Below are positions 1-9,651 of a stretch of 64,000 bases of DNA, piece after piece. The position numbers and the translations under genes were made by a program. The stretch's first letter is position 1, and each line of letters starts with the position of its first letter. Source of the DNA: a virus; the IMG/VR virus record IMGVR_UViG_3300035661_000011, positions 90,506-154,505 of that record; one strand, written 5' to 3'. The notes under the pieces are model-generated. The model was not told the DNA's origin. It worked only from the letters and a program-made list of their open reading frames with translations, and ran no database searches.

Positions 1-796
1 ACGTGGTGCTAATTTTATTAAAACGTATTTAAGATGTGGTGGTAAATTCTATAATGAGTTGAAAGCGGTACGTGATAGTGCTAAATGTCAACTTACTATG
101 GAAGAAATAATTGAAAGTGTTACACTGATTCTTCCTAAAGCAGATTATGCTCAACATAAAGCACAAGCCACAGCGTTTACCGATTACACTACATTCATAA
201 CCGATGTGATGGATTCGGTGGTTAGTGATTCTGAATTAGGTAGTTTGTTAAAAGGTGAAAATGTATCTTCTGATATAGCTGGAGTTAAAACCATTCTAAT
301 TAATGAGTTGAGACGTAGATATTTAAAATCACGAAACATATTACCAGAGTTGTTTGAATTGGTGAGTGACCCAGAGAAAACGTTAAAGGGTATTCTTGAA
401 GAACACGTTAAAACTAATGTCTCTATAGTTGGAGATTTAGCAAACATGGTAGCAAAAGAAGAGAAGAAAGTAGATGATAAAATTCAAGAGGCGGCAGATA
501 AACTAAACCCACCAGCACCAGAAGATGATGCTGGAACCGATGGTGCTATAGATGGTGATGCTGGTGACGAGGGTGGTTCTGATGATGGTGATGTTAATGA
601 CATGGCAACAGATGATGCAGATTTAGATGTAGATGGCGGAGATGACGATACATCATTGGATGACACTGCTGTGGATGACGGTACTAGTGCTGACGATACT
701 TCTGATGATACAGAAGATGATTCGGATACCGAAGATGACGATACTGCTAGTAGTGACGATGATACAACTGAAGATAAGGATACAAAAGACAAGTAA
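1..796 (+). CDS. 3' part of a large virion protein with a very acidic tail, possibly the portal (phiKZ gp129-like); 5' end outside the window
   Basis: The frame is open from base 2 to the TAA at 794-796. The C-terminal ~100 aa is D/E-rich and low-complexity. It sits next to the tail-fibre paralogue cluster. Portal identity is by recalled synteny only. Confidence 0.4.
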   Translation, partial: RGANFIKTYLRCGGKFYNELKAVRDSAKCQLTMEEIIESVTLILPKADYAQHKAQATAFTDYTTFITDVMDSVVSDSELGSLLKGENVSSDIAGVKTILINELRRRYLKSRNILPELFELVSDPEKTLKGILEEHVKTNVSIVGDLANMVAKEEKKVDDKIQEAADKLNPPAPEDDAGTDGAIDGDAGDEGGSDDGDVNDMATDDADLDVDGGDDDTSLDDTAVDDGTSADDTSDDTEDDSDTEDDDTASSDDDTTEDKDTKDK

Positions 797-815
797 CCGA
801 ATACAAACTTAAACA

Positions 816-825
816 TATATTATCT
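816..825 (+). promoter_or_regulatory. Putative early (virion-RNAP) promoter motif TATATTATCT
   Basis: One of 9 intergenic copies, each upstream of + strand accessory genes; followed by a 16-bp hairpin (825-860). Confidence 0.7.
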
Positions 826-848
826 GATAGAGTCATGTAAGAAATTAC

Positions 849-1313
849 ATGACTCTATCATTTAAAATTACAATGGAGACACACGTGGCAGAAAACGAAT
901 TCAAATTTAAAAAGCTAGTAGTTGGCTCAGATATAACACGACAGTTAAACTTAAAAACAAATCCTACAAATGGACACAGTCTACCAATTGTTATAAACCA
1001 GTTGTCAATGTATCATAAAGACGTGGCGTATCCAACTCGTATGTTTGCATCAGAGGAAGACGTATGTGGGTTAGTATCTGGGGACATTGGTAACTACATA
1101 GTCATTTGGTCAACTGGCACTGTGAAGTGTGTAGCGCAGCGCAAACACATTTCTAGTGCACACGGCACGTATCGATACGTTCGGACTAGTCAGTTAGATA
1201 AAGAAAGCGTTATAAGACTTAATAACTATCTACAACAAGTCGAAATAATTATGACCGAACGTTTACAAGAATTAACTTCAACTGACACAATAGTTTACAC
1301 CAACGAATTATAA
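849..1313 (+). CDS. Hypothetical protein (real start probably GTG at 885)
   Basis: ORF track. ATG849 lies inside a hairpin; GGAG precedes GTG885. Confidence 0.6.
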   Translation: MTLSFKITMETHVAENEFKFKKLVVGSDITRQLNLKTNPTNGHSLPIVINQLSMYHKDVAYPTRMFASEEDVCGLVSGDIGNYIVIWSTGTVKCVAQRKHISSAHGTYRYVRTSQLDKESVIRLNNYLQQVEIIMTERLQELTSTDTIVYTNEL

Positions 1314-1333
1314 ACTTTTAAAAGGATATTTTC

Positions 1334-1933
1334 ATGAAAACTACTTTATTAATTATATTTACTATTTTGATTAATTGTGAGTGCCACATCGGTTATAGCA
1401 AATCTATTAAACCGCCTTTAACTGAAACTTACAAAGCTGTTATTACAAACACGCAATATGATATTGATTTTAAGAAACATGGAAACAATAAACATTATGC
1501 GGATGCAAAGTTGTTAAAGTCGGTATGTGGAGTGGAATCAAAATTTGATGTAAAAGCAAAATCTAAGAAGGGAGCCAGTGGTATCTGTCAGATTATGCCC
1601 AAGACATGGAAATACATAGCGAGTAAAAATAAAACTTTACCAGCACATGACACAAAAGTTCCGAGTCAATCTATTGAAGTGGCATCGTTAGTAATTGATG
1701 ATGCAGCAAATACTTGGAAAAAATTACCAAAGGGAAGAAATAAAACCGCTGTAGTTTTAGCATCCTATAACGCAGGGCCAACTAATATCAAGAAAGCATC
1801 TAAGCGATGTAATAGTACCAACTTTGCAGTGTTACAAAAGTGTTTACCTAAGATAACTTCTAAGTCACACGCAAAAGAAACAATTAACTATGTAGCTTCT
1901 GTACAAGAGCTATATAAAAAACTACCTTTATAA
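1334..1933 (+). CDS. SLT-family lytic transglycosylase with N-terminal hydrophobic signal/anchor
   Basis: Motifs VES-F...A.S.KGA.GI.QIMP.T, ASYNAGP and ETINYV. Confidence 0.9.
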   Translation: MKTTLLIIFTILINCECHIGYSKSIKPPLTETYKAVITNTQYDIDFKKHGNNKHYADAKLLKSVCGVESKFDVKAKSKKGASGICQIMPKTWKYIASKNKTLPAHDTKVPSQSIEVASLVIDDAANTWKKLPKGRNKTAVVLASYNAGPTNIKKASKRCNSTNFAVLQKCLPKITSKSHAKETINYVASVQELYKKLPL

Positions 1934-1946
1934 TTAGGAGAACGAC

Positions 1947-2372
1947 ATGGAAAAGATAAATGGTGGTGGGCTGGATAATTTAATCGGTAGATTAGTGCGG
2001 TATAAAGATGCAGCCAATTACTGGAAATTAACCGAACCGATGTGGGTGTTAGGCTGGTACATCGACAAATGTGTAACGTTGGTGTTAGTTGATGTGGATA
2101 ACAAAACACATGAACAAGACCTATCGGTGTGTATATTCGAAGCACCACTTGTGACCGATAAACCTAGTAATAACATTGTGCACCACGCTGGGTTAAATTC
2201 GTTAATAGGTAAACGAGTTTCACACACTAGCCCAGCAGGCCCAACCGTTATTTCAGTTGTGTTTGACTGGTATAGGGATAGCAATGGTGAAGTTAGATTA
2301 ATACTCACGGATGAGCACGGGTTTTTAAAATATAATATTTGTGTTGAAAACAGTAAAGTGTTAGACGAATAG
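1947..2372 (+). CDS. Hypothetical protein made of two ~65-aa repeats
   Basis: GLDNLIGRLV..VLGWY..VTLVLVD vs GLNSLIGKRV..VFDWY..VRLILTD; GGAG RBS. Confidence 0.7.
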   Translation: MEKINGGGLDNLIGRLVRYKDAANYWKLTEPMWVLGWYIDKCVTLVLVDVDNKTHEQDLSVCIFEAPLVTDKPSNNIVHHAGLNSLIGKRVSHTSPAGPTVISVVFDWYRDSNGEVRLILTDEHGFLKYNICVENSKVLDE

Positions 2373-2378
2373 AACCTA

Positions 2379-2408
2379 GTAATAGGGAGCATTAATGCTC
2401 CCTATTAC
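2379..2408. terminator. Perfect 30-bp palindrome, probable bidirectional terminator
   Basis: GTAATAGGGAGCATTAATGCTCCCTATTAC between convergent genes; T-tract from 2416. Confidence 0.75.
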
Positions 2409-2430
2409 ATAAGTCTTTTTTTTTTACATT

Positions 2431-2904
2431 TTAAATTATTGGAATTGGTAAGTCAGCTAACGCAGTGATAATATCTGGATATGACAACTCTTTCTCTTTA
2501 ATTTTATAAGCGCGTATTTGACAATCAATTACCCACTTGTTTAATATAACCGCTTCATCCTGATACTCATTACTAAACAGTGCAAGTTTACTAACCTCGT
2601 CTACATCTTTAAACTTGAATGTATCATTCGTGACAGTCTTTACAATGAACGTTTCTATTTCCATAGCCAACTTTAAATGACTACGATCGTTTTCATTTGT
2701 TATAGGTTTACCGTCAGCAGAAACCCCAAGTGTTCTCCCAGCTATCAACCCGTTTCGCACAGTTAGATACTCGACTAATGTAACAGGTACTACGTCATCT
2801 GGATAAGACTTATGTATCTTTGAACTATAAAATCCAAATGTAGACTTAGAGAAGAATAACTCCTCTCCAATTTCTTTAACTAATTTAGTGTTTTCATCAG
2901 TCAT
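2431..2904 (-). CDS. Hypothetical protein, possible fibre-associated/chaperone protein
   Basis: ATG at 2904 overlaps the stop of the upstream fibre gene (GGAGGG RBS); ORF track 2431..2931. Confidence 0.55.
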   Translation of the reverse strand: MTDENTKLVKEIGEELFFSKSTFGFYSSKIHKSYPDDVVPVTLVEYLTVRNGLIAGRTLGVSADGKPITNENDRSHLKLAMEIETFIVKTVTNDTFKFKDVDEVSKLALFSNEYQDEAVILNKWVIDCQIRAYKIKEKELSYPDIITALADLPIPII

Positions 2905-4220
2905 GACACCCTCCCTAATAAGAATACCCACCCTTCAAGGCTATGGTTACCAGTAGTGGCTATATATATACCGGAGTTTGGATATGGAAAGTATTCTTGA
3001 TCCAACCCAAGACTAGCATCTACATTGCTAATGACACCACCAGTGCACCACGCTAATGGCGGCGATATAAATGCTAAATTAAACCATATGGTCACCTGTC
3101 CATCAAGGTACGTTATGTACGGGGTTTGAATCCACTGTAAACACCATCCACCGTATAAATACTTTATTCCTCCAGCAGGGTAACCTACAGCTGCAAACGA
3201 GTTATATATCTCAGTTCTAATAGCGTTATCACGAGAAACCAAATCGTTATACAGTGTAGCGTCTCTATCAAATAACGTTTGATACAAACTGGTAGCTCTA
3301 TCGTACGTCGTATTGTAGTTATTCGTTATAGTGGTGTTTAATGTAGCTACAGCGTTATCTATTTTAGAGTTTAATGTAGCTACAGCTGTATTGATTTTAG
3401 CATCTAATACAGCTCGATTAGTTTCTATAAGTGCATTAACTGCGACTATAAGTTTGTTAAATACAGCGGTCGCATTTTGTGCTACACCTAACGATGACCA
3501 AGCCCTAGGCGTTGTGTCAGTACCAGCTTCTGCTACAGCTTGTGTAGGGATACTAGATTTTAACACATATCCGCTGAGGTCAGGTGGAACATAACTAGCA
3601 TTTAAAGAATCGACTTTACTTTGAACAAACCCTAAATCGTTAGCTACAGAATCCACTCTATCCATTAAATCATTAAATATCACTGCTGGAGAAAGTGTAG
3701 TTCGTGATATACTTCCAAGTAATCTACTCAGTAGAAATATAGTTCTTCCGTTATTAAATATATCTGGACGAACAGTATCTGCACTTACGACATAATCCCC
3801 TTCAAGCGATTTCCACGAATTAAGATCTAGTCTATCAAAACTTCCTAAGTCAACAATTTGTTGCAATAGAATAGCGTCATTTTCGCACCCTACGGCTTGA
3901 TAATTAATTGTAGCACTAGACCATAGGCTAACGTCTTTTAAAAGGATGTAGCTATATACAATCGCTCCAATGACATCAATTTGTTTACTGTAAGGTGGTG
4001 ACCATTCGAAATCTACATTTGGAACCAATGGAACAGTTACATTGTCTGATAAACGTATGGCGGTTACAGTGAATCCATTTTGATAAAATGCACCTTGTTT
4101 TGGAAAGATAGCACATTGGGTGATTGGAAACACTACTTCATTTTTTATGTTGTTACCCACTAATGTACCACTAGGGTCATAGACCACAGTAATCGCATTG
4201 GGTGTTGGTGGTGTAGGCAT
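2901..4220 (-). CDS. Tail fibre / baseplate-attached protein, phiKZ gp131-135-like paralogue family
   Basis: N-terminal YDPSGT..N.I.NE motif shared with 3 other ORFs, then a coiled-coil middle and a C-terminal GG..LQW...F..AF fibre-tip-like domain. Confidence 0.75.
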   Translation of the reverse strand: MPTPPTPNAITVVYDPSGTLVGNNIKNEVVFPITQCAIFPKQGAFYQNGFTVTAIRLSDNVTVPLVPNVDFEWSPPYSKQIDVIGAIVYSYILLKDVSLWSSATINYQAVGCENDAILLQQIVDLGSFDRLDLNSWKSLEGDYVVSADTVRPDIFNNGRTIFLLSRLLGSISRTTLSPAVIFNDLMDRVDSVANDLGFVQSKVDSLNASYVPPDLSGYVLKSSIPTQAVAEAGTDTTPRAWSSLGVAQNATAVFNKLIVAVNALIETNRAVLDAKINTAVATLNSKIDNAVATLNTTITNNYNTTYDRATSLYQTLFDRDATLYNDLVSRDNAIRTEIYNSFAAVGYPAGGIKYLYGGWCLQWIQTPYITYLDGQVTIWFNLAFISPPLAWCTGGVISNVDASLGLDQEYFPYPNSGIYIATTGNHSLEGWVFLLGRVS

Positions 4221-4288
4221 CTAAGACTCCTAAGGTTAAGTTATGCAACACATGATAACCTTGTGATAACTCAATAAATACTTATTTA

Positions 4289-4298
4289 TATATCATCT
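4289..4298 (+). promoter_or_regulatory. Putative early promoter motif (TATATCATCT)
   Basis: Variant copy of the repeated motif upstream of the 4372-5394 island. Confidence 0.6.
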
Positions 4299-4371
4299 AG
4301 TAGAGTAAACAATAATGTTTTCTTTTGTTGCTATTACAATTTAATAGTTAATTATATTTTGGAGATTTACC

Positions 4372-4626
4372 GTGAAACACTTATTTACATTAAAAGATAT
4401 GCCAACAACACCTTTAAACGATTTATACATTAAATCGTTTAAAGGGTATATTGAAATGATAAATAGCTTTCTTACATTGTATAAAGATGTTGGGTTTATT
4501 GCAACCCCAGAATACATCTCTATCGATGAGACGTTGTTGTCAAACCCCAATTATGCGCAGGTGGTTGCCGCTATGGCGTTAATGCCATATTCGTTAGTAG
4601 TTGACCACACTTTAGTTGGAGAATGA
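4372..4626 (+). CDS. Hypothetical protein
   Basis: GGAG RBS with GTG start; ORF track. Confidence 0.6.
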   Translation: MKHLFTLKDMPTTPLNDLYIKSFKGYIEMINSFLTLYKDVGFIATPEYISIDETLLSNPNYAQVVAAMALMPYSLVVDHTLVGE

Positions 4627-4864
4627 AATGAACAAAGATCAACTGATGTTAGGCGCGTTAGAAATTGCCACTCGTGTTGACGGGTGGAACAATGAAGTGT
4701 ACTGTGCAATAAAATCAGTACAGCCAAAAACCCACACCATAGTGGTAGCTGGTGATAGTAATTTTGGATGGGACAGTAAATGGTCCGAGATTCTAAAACT
4801 CGGGTTCACGTGTTCAAGAAGCTATCCAAACCTTTATACCTTTGTTTTGGAGGAAAAGAAATGA
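4616..4864 (+). CDS. Hypothetical protein
   Basis: ORF track; coupled to its neighbours (likely ATG near 4628). Confidence 0.55.
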   Translation: MENEMNKDQLMLGALEIATRVDGWNNEVYCAIKSVQPKTHTIVVAGDSNFGWDSKWSEILKLGFTCSRSYPNLYTFVLEEKK

Positions 4865-5394
4865 ACTACTTTAAGTTATTAAAAGAGTCGTTTGTTGTAG
4901 GTTTAAACACCTACCGTTGGATGGTGGATATTCAAGTGAATAGATTTATGACTTTTAAATCATTCACTGACTGGAATGGAATTCCAGTAATTAAAAGTAC
5001 ACACCTGATGCGATTACGATTAGGTGATTACCACTCGCCTATGAACAACGCCTGTGCATCAGCAGGTGAAAATATCATAATTATCCCAGACCACTGGGAT
5101 GAATTACCAGAAGGGTTTAAACTCTTCATGTTATATCATGAGGAAGGACATATTCGAGGTAAACATTTCTTGACTACACCAACTGAAAACGCTGGTAAGG
5201 CGCGTTCAAAGTTTATTAAATGTGGGTTAGTTATGCCAGAGGAATTAGAAGCTGACAAATTCGCTTTTGATAACTTAGGTTTAGACATTAGTGTATCAGC
5301 ATTACAAGTTTGTAAAACTCTAGTAGCAAATGATGCACGTGGTAGAACCCATAGTGAAATTGATATGCGTATTGAAAAACTACGCAGCTACTAA
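4861..5394 (+). CDS. Zincin-type (HExxH) metallopeptidase-like protein
   Basis: LYHEEGHI plus downstream EELEADKFA (M48/ImmA-like spacing); GGAGG RBS before ATG4861. Confidence 0.65.
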   Translation: MNYFKLLKESFVVGLNTYRWMVDIQVNRFMTFKSFTDWNGIPVIKSTHLMRLRLGDYHSPMNNACASAGENIIIIPDHWDELPEGFKLFMLYHEEGHIRGKHFLTTPTENAGKARSKFIKCGLVMPEELEADKFAFDNLGLDISVSALQVCKTLVANDARGRTHSEIDMRIEKLRSY

Positions 5395-5405
5395 AACGTT
5401 AAGTT

Positions 5406-5437
5406 ATCTAATTCCCCCGAATTCGGGGGAATTAGAT
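5406..5437. terminator. Perfect 32-bp palindrome, probable bidirectional terminator
   Basis: ATCTAATTCCCCCGAATTCGGGGGAATTAGAT between convergent genes. Confidence 0.75.
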
Positions 5438-5459
5438 TTCTCTTCCAATCGTTTTTTTT

Positions 5460-5669
5460 TTATTCAATTACCAGTTTACCATTTGGACATTCGACTTTAA
5501 AGTCTTCAATCTTTATTACCAGTGTTCGTTTCTCAACCACATTCATTGTATCTGTTGCTTCTTTAGGTGGTATTGTCATCCCACGAGAACAGTCAATTGT
5601 TTCGCAACCGCTCAAGATCAATATCAAGATCATAATTAGACATAGTGGATATTGTTTTATTAATCTCAT
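5460..5669 (-). CDS. Small predicted lipoprotein
   Basis: Hydrophobic stretch followed by the lipobox LSGC. Confidence 0.5.
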   Translation of the reverse strand: MRLIKQYPLCLIMILILILSGCETIDCSRGMTIPPKEATDTMNVVEKRTLVIKIEDFKVECPNGKLVIE

Positions 5670-5886
5670 CTAGTTTACCTTTGGTTGTAAGTGTAGTGTT
5701 AATTAGCTGTACTAATTCAGCTAATGCTTCAGTGGCATCTATTATACCACCAACAGTATTACCAGAACTAACCCGACTGTAACAAGCTAACGCATGAATT
5801 GCAATTTGTTTAATTTTAGCTGTAGACGATTCAGTATCAGTAGAGCTACTATCCGTTACAGATTCTATTGTATCAATTATATTCAT
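5593..5886 (-). CDS. Hypothetical protein
   Basis: ORF track; helical composition. Confidence 0.5.
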   Translation of the reverse strand: MNIIDTIESVTDSSSTDTESSTAKIKQIAIHALACYSRVSSGNTVGGIIDATEALAELVQLINTTLTTKGKLDEINKTISTMSNYDLDIDLERLRNN

Positions 5887-5903
5887 TAGCGCCTCATTAA
5901 TAA

Positions 5904-6476
5904 TTAAAGTTTTGGAAATTTATACAAATGAAAGTTTACATTTGTATCTGGAAATAAAACATGGCTACTTGATGAAACCAATTTTATCAATTTACTAAAG
6001 CCCCACTTTGTAAAGTTTGGCGTGTCGAATAACACCAGTGTCACATCTGTTTTAAGGTCAGCTGAAATACACCCGAGGAAATCTACATCAATCGCTAATA
6101 AGCACGATACCCAGCAGCCAATCCCGCTGGAGTATGTGATTACAGCTGCAAAGTCATCTTGTCGCATTTCTTTCAGTACACTGTATAAATTTGTTTCTTT
6201 TACAGAACTGTAAATGTTATACGCATCTAAATGCGTATAAATATCACTGTCTGAAATATCTAATTTTCTAAGTGTTGAGTAGTTGTGTTTGGTTAACAAC
6301 TGAAGTTTTTCGACGTGTGGGTGTGTTTGGTCTAGATGTATAGATATGACAATTGTTTTATCAACGACATATACTTTAACTGAACACTCAGTTCGTTCTA
6401 GTGCTTCATTGCATTCGCACTGAACAACCGAGGCGTATGTATAAATTGCCGTTAAATCATTTACGGAGTCTAACAT
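5904..6476 (-). CDS. Hypothetical protein with weak resemblance to a class-3 lipase fold
   Basis: VITYSSGIGCWVSCLLA and LVLFDTPNF resemble the GHSLGGA.A.L.A and TFG.PR segments, but there is no intact GxSxG. Confidence 0.35.
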   Translation of the reverse strand: MLDSVNDLTAIYTYASVVQCECNEALERTECSVKVYVVDKTIVISIHLDQTHPHVEKLQLLTKHNYSTLRKLDISDSDIYTHLDAYNIYSSVKETNLYSVLKEMRQDDFAAVITYSSGIGCWVSCLLAIDVDFLGCISADLKTDVTLVLFDTPNFTKWGFSKLIKLVSSSSHVLFPDTNVNFHLYKFPKL

Positions 6477-6494
6477 ACGCTAACCCATTATAAT

Positions 6495-6929
6495 TTACAT
6501 AAACATATCGTCAGACATAACTGTGTCTAAATTAAGAGTGGTATGTAACAACTCTTGTACGTTTGGATCTGAGTACGATATAGCCCCGTTACACTCCCAG
6601 GTTAAACGAAATAGGTTAGACCTTGGTAGTGTGTCGATGTAAGCAAATGCGATGTCTAGTAAGCGATATTTGTCTAGGTTTAAACAAAATTGTAATTTGG
6701 GTATACTAAGTAAATTTCGTAATTGGTCTTTAGTTAACAAGTCTGTTTTTTTTGCTAATGGGATACCGTTTTCATCAGGTTCTATAACGTGTCCAATTTT
6801 CTGTAAATCGCGTAGTTCAATAAACTCAATTTCACCAATATCTATTAAGTCGTCTGGTAAATCGCTATAGTTTTCGGTGTATGGATAAAACCCATTCTTC
6901 GAAGGACTGTATCTAGTAAACTTATTCAT
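6495..6929 (-). CDS. Tail-fibre assembly chaperone-like protein
   Basis: N-terminal YSPSKNGFYP...LPDDLIDI...GHVI.PDENG.P is typical of Tfa-like proteins; directly downstream of a fibre gene. Confidence 0.7.
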   Translation of the reverse strand: MNKFTRYSPSKNGFYPYTENYSDLPDDLIDIGEIEFIELRDLQKIGHVIEPDENGIPLAKKTDLLTKDQLRNLLSIPKLQFCLNLDKYRLLDIAFAYIDTLPRSNLFRLTWECNGAISYSDPNVQELLHTTLNLDTVMSDDMFM

Positions 6930-6932
6930 TTT

Positions 6933-8387
6933 TTAATTTCCTATTGCAAATACACTATACCCAACTGCACCACCACCGTATGCGGTTGGATTACCATTGC
7001 CATTACCGGCAACTACTCTTCCTCCACTCAATGTATAATCGCCCATTGTTAATTGGCATTGTGCCATAAATGTGTTGTTTAAAAGTTGTGCCCCAATGTG
7101 TAGTATGTTGTTCGGAAAGGTTGCAGAAAACACAAACTGCCCTATGCCATTAGTGGTAGTCCCACGTACACATTGTATTAAGGTGTTTCCAATTCTAAGA
7201 CTACCGCCATTAAACACACAGCTGTAAGATTGTGAGAATTGTAGTTGCATAGATCCACCAACGATATACCACGTGTTGACACCATCACATTCCAGTATAA
7301 CGGATTCACCACCACCTAAAAACAACGTCCCAACAGTACCGCTATTACCCTTGAATACATTTAGTGCACCAGGATTTAATCTAATTAAATTGCTGTCACC
7401 CACATTAACCAATTCTACTCTTCCAATACCAAATGCACCAGCTTCTGGTAGAGTAATAGTTGAGTTGGCATATGTGTAATTAGCCATCTTAATTATTAAA
7501 CTTGCATCCTTAATACTTACTGGTAACACACCACCATCTGTAACGATAACCATTCTGAATGTAGTTGAGAAGTCCAACACAGCTTGTTTTATTAAAGCTG
7601 GACTCCACGATTTAGCTAGGGGTAATGTCCCATCGGAAACCTCCTGTGTAGTTGGAAGATCGCTTTTTAGAAGATACGGCGATAGGTCTACATTGGATAT
7701 AGAGTTTATCGTTTGTGCTATTGTGGCATTTAAAGAATCTATCTTAGATTGAAACCCGCTTACAGCGGTTGTCATCACATCAAACTCTTGTTTAATATAC
7801 TCTAACCATTCTGCTGGAGCATCTAAATTCTTACTGATTAATTCTAACTCTCTCGAGAGTATATATACGTTTGATGTCTGACTAAGTAAATCGTTAATCT
7901 TTAACTTATTAAAAGCCTGAGAGTCGCCAATCAGACTAGACCATATAGTTAAGTCGTTCTGGTCGAATGTTCCAAGACTACCTATTTCAGACATTAATAT
8001 CTGGTCAACTACTGCACCTACGGCATGGTACGATAGATGGATAGATGACCATTTAGTTTTATCTATTAAGACTACATAACTAAATGCGTCAAGTCCTAAT
8101 AGCTGTTTAATTAAATTAAACTGTGGGGAGTAAATATAATCTACCCCTAGTTGTAATGTAACTAGTGTACGGAGTGTATGTGTTTCAGTTATAAGTATAC
8201 CTTTAACCAATAGCCCGTCACTATAAAACGGACCATTCTTTGAAAACACTACAGGTGATGATACTGGGTCGGTTACTTCATTTGGAAAATAATTACCTAC
8301 TCGTAGCCCAGTGGGATCAAATGTAACTCCTGGGTCAGCACCAATTCCATCCTCATCAAAATCACCATCGAATAATTGTGTGGACAT
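6933..8387 (-). CDS. Tail fibre, phiKZ gp131-like paralogue
   Basis: FDPTG..N.FPNE N-domain; ITLP.A...V.L.N beta-rich module; C-terminal LIQC..F..TFPN...FAIGN. Confidence 0.75.
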   Translation of the reverse strand: MSTQLFDGDFDEDGIGADPGVTFDPTGLRVGNYFPNEVTDPVSSPVVFSKNGPFYSDGLLVKGILITETHTLRTLVTLQLGVDYIYSPQFNLIKQLLGLDAFSYVVLIDKTKWSSIHLSYHAVGAVVDQILMSEIGSLGTFDQNDLTIWSSLIGDSQAFNKLKINDLLSQTSNVYILSRELELISKNLDAPAEWLEYIKQEFDVMTTAVSGFQSKIDSLNATIAQTINSISNVDLSPYLLKSDLPTTQEVSDGTLPLAKSWSPALIKQAVLDFSTTFRMVIVTDGGVLPVSIKDASLIIKMANYTYANSTITLPEAGAFGIGRVELVNVGDSNLIRLNPGALNVFKGNSGTVGTLFLGGGESVILECDGVNTWYIVGGSMQLQFSQSYSCVFNGGSLRIGNTLIQCVRGTTTNGIGQFVFSATFPNNILHIGAQLLNNTFMAQCQLTMGDYTLSGGRVVAGNGNGNPTAYGGGAVGYSVFAIGN

Positions 8388-8427
8388 TCTATATTCCTTA
8401 GTTAGTAAAATAAACGTGTTTAATGAA

Positions 8428-8461
8428 TGTGGTAGTCAGTGGATATCCACTGACTACCACA
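8428..8461. terminator. Perfect 34-bp palindrome
   Basis: TGTGGTAGTCAGTGGATATCCACTGACTACCACA, intergenic. Confidence 0.7.
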
Positions 8462-8486
8462 CCATATACGGTACTAATGTAAAACG

Positions 8487-9200
8487 TTAAACCGTTTGTG
8501 CATCTGCAGCCAAAAATGCTGAAGAGATCGCAAATCTTGGGTTGGTAGCAAGGTTAGTACCAGAAACATTACGGTTTACCGCCTGCGAACTATTAGTGTC
8601 AACTGGGTACAACCAGTAGTGGTCAGTTGGATGCCATCTTGCACCACCTAACGCCAACGCATTTGATACACCGGTGAATTGAATTTGGTCAAACGCTACT
8701 GTTTTACCGTATTCAATTACGATAACGTCATATGTGTCACCTAATACGCCGTCGCTAGGGTTTCCAGCTCTAGATTCCTGAACTACGAATGGTACCGTGG
8801 CTTGAACTACACCGTTTAGAAGTAGGTCTACAGTATTTGTAGTTAGACCGTATTCAACGCTGTATGGGTTGTAGTTGCCATCGTAATAATTGGCAGTTCC
8901 AGATAAAGTACCATTACCTATCCAAATACCAGACTGCCACTTAGCCGCACTAACTGTAGAAATTGCATCTTGTGCTTCAGAGATAGCGATTTCAAGTATA
9001 CCTGAGTTTGCAGTTAATGTTTCTACTGCCGACACTAGACTGTCGGTTACAGGAGTTGTAGTGAATATAGCGTTAACCGTATCTAACACGGTGTATGGGA
9101 ACGATGTTGCTGCGACTTTATTTACCACGGCACCAGCGCCGGATAGACCTACTGCTAACGCATCAGCGCGAGATTTAATTTGAGGATTTGTAGAAGACAT
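8487..9200 (-). CDS. Putative virion fibre/decoration protein
   Basis: Shares the N-terminus MSSTNPQIKSRADAL and an SE.QDAI helix with ORF 9323-9571; has an extra beta-rich C-domain. Confidence 0.55.
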   Translation of the reverse strand: MSSTNPQIKSRADALAVGLSGAGAVVNKVAATSFPYTVLDTVNAIFTTTPVTDSLVSAVETLTANSGILEIAISEAQDAISTVSAAKWQSGIWIGNGTLSGTANYYDGNYNPYSVEYGLTTNTVDLLLNGVVQATVPFVVQESRAGNPSDGVLGDTYDVIVIEYGKTVAFDQIQFTGVSNALALGGARWHPTDHYWLYPVDTNSSQAVNRNVSGTNLATNPRFAISSAFLAADAQTV

Positions 9201-9578
9201 TTTTTATTTACCAAATGTAATGTAAAAATTGGTTTCAAAAAACATACTGTCGAGGTGTGCAGGGTAACCCAACACACCCCTAGGTACATTTCTTGCGTGA
9301 GGTTTGACCGTTACACTAACAATTAGATTGTAGCGATTGCGTCTTGCACTTCAGATACAGCTTGAGACAAAACACCATCAGTGGCAACTAAGTTTTCGAT
9401 AGCTGAAACCAAACCATTAGTCACTGTAACTTCTGTAAAGGTACCATGCATGAAGTTTGAAACACCACCAACTGAACGACCAGCAACCGATGTTACAGCG
9501 GCACTATGTGAATCCATATCTGCAATTAACGCATCAGCGCGAGATTTAATTTGAGGATTTGTAGAAGACATTTTTTAT
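9156..9578. repeat. 52-bp identical direct repeat (9156-9207 and 9527-9578)
   Basis: TAACGCATCAGCGCGAGATTTAATTTGAGGATTTGTAGAAGACATTTTTTAT occurs twice and covers the starts of two tandem genes. Confidence 0.9.
9323..9571 (-). CDS. Short paralogue of 8487-9200 (N-module only)
   Basis: Identical first 15 aa; AAGG RBS. Confidence 0.7.
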   Translation of the reverse strand: MSSTNPQIKSRADALIADMDSHSAAVTSVAGRSVGGVSNFMHGTFTEVTVTNGLVSAIENLVATDGVLSQAVSEVQDAIATI

Positions 9579-9651
9579 CCTTTGAATAAAAGTATTTAAA
9601 ATAAGTTTATAGATGGCACTAAAGTGTGCCACCGTTTAAATCCGAGTGATA

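Noticed and set aside
484-816. Ser-rich minus-strand ORF and many similar antisense ORFs (e.g. 14095-14649, 18754-19245, 45354-45851, 49869-50387)
   Set aside because: These are shadow frames of real genes on the opposite strand, with no RBS or motifs.
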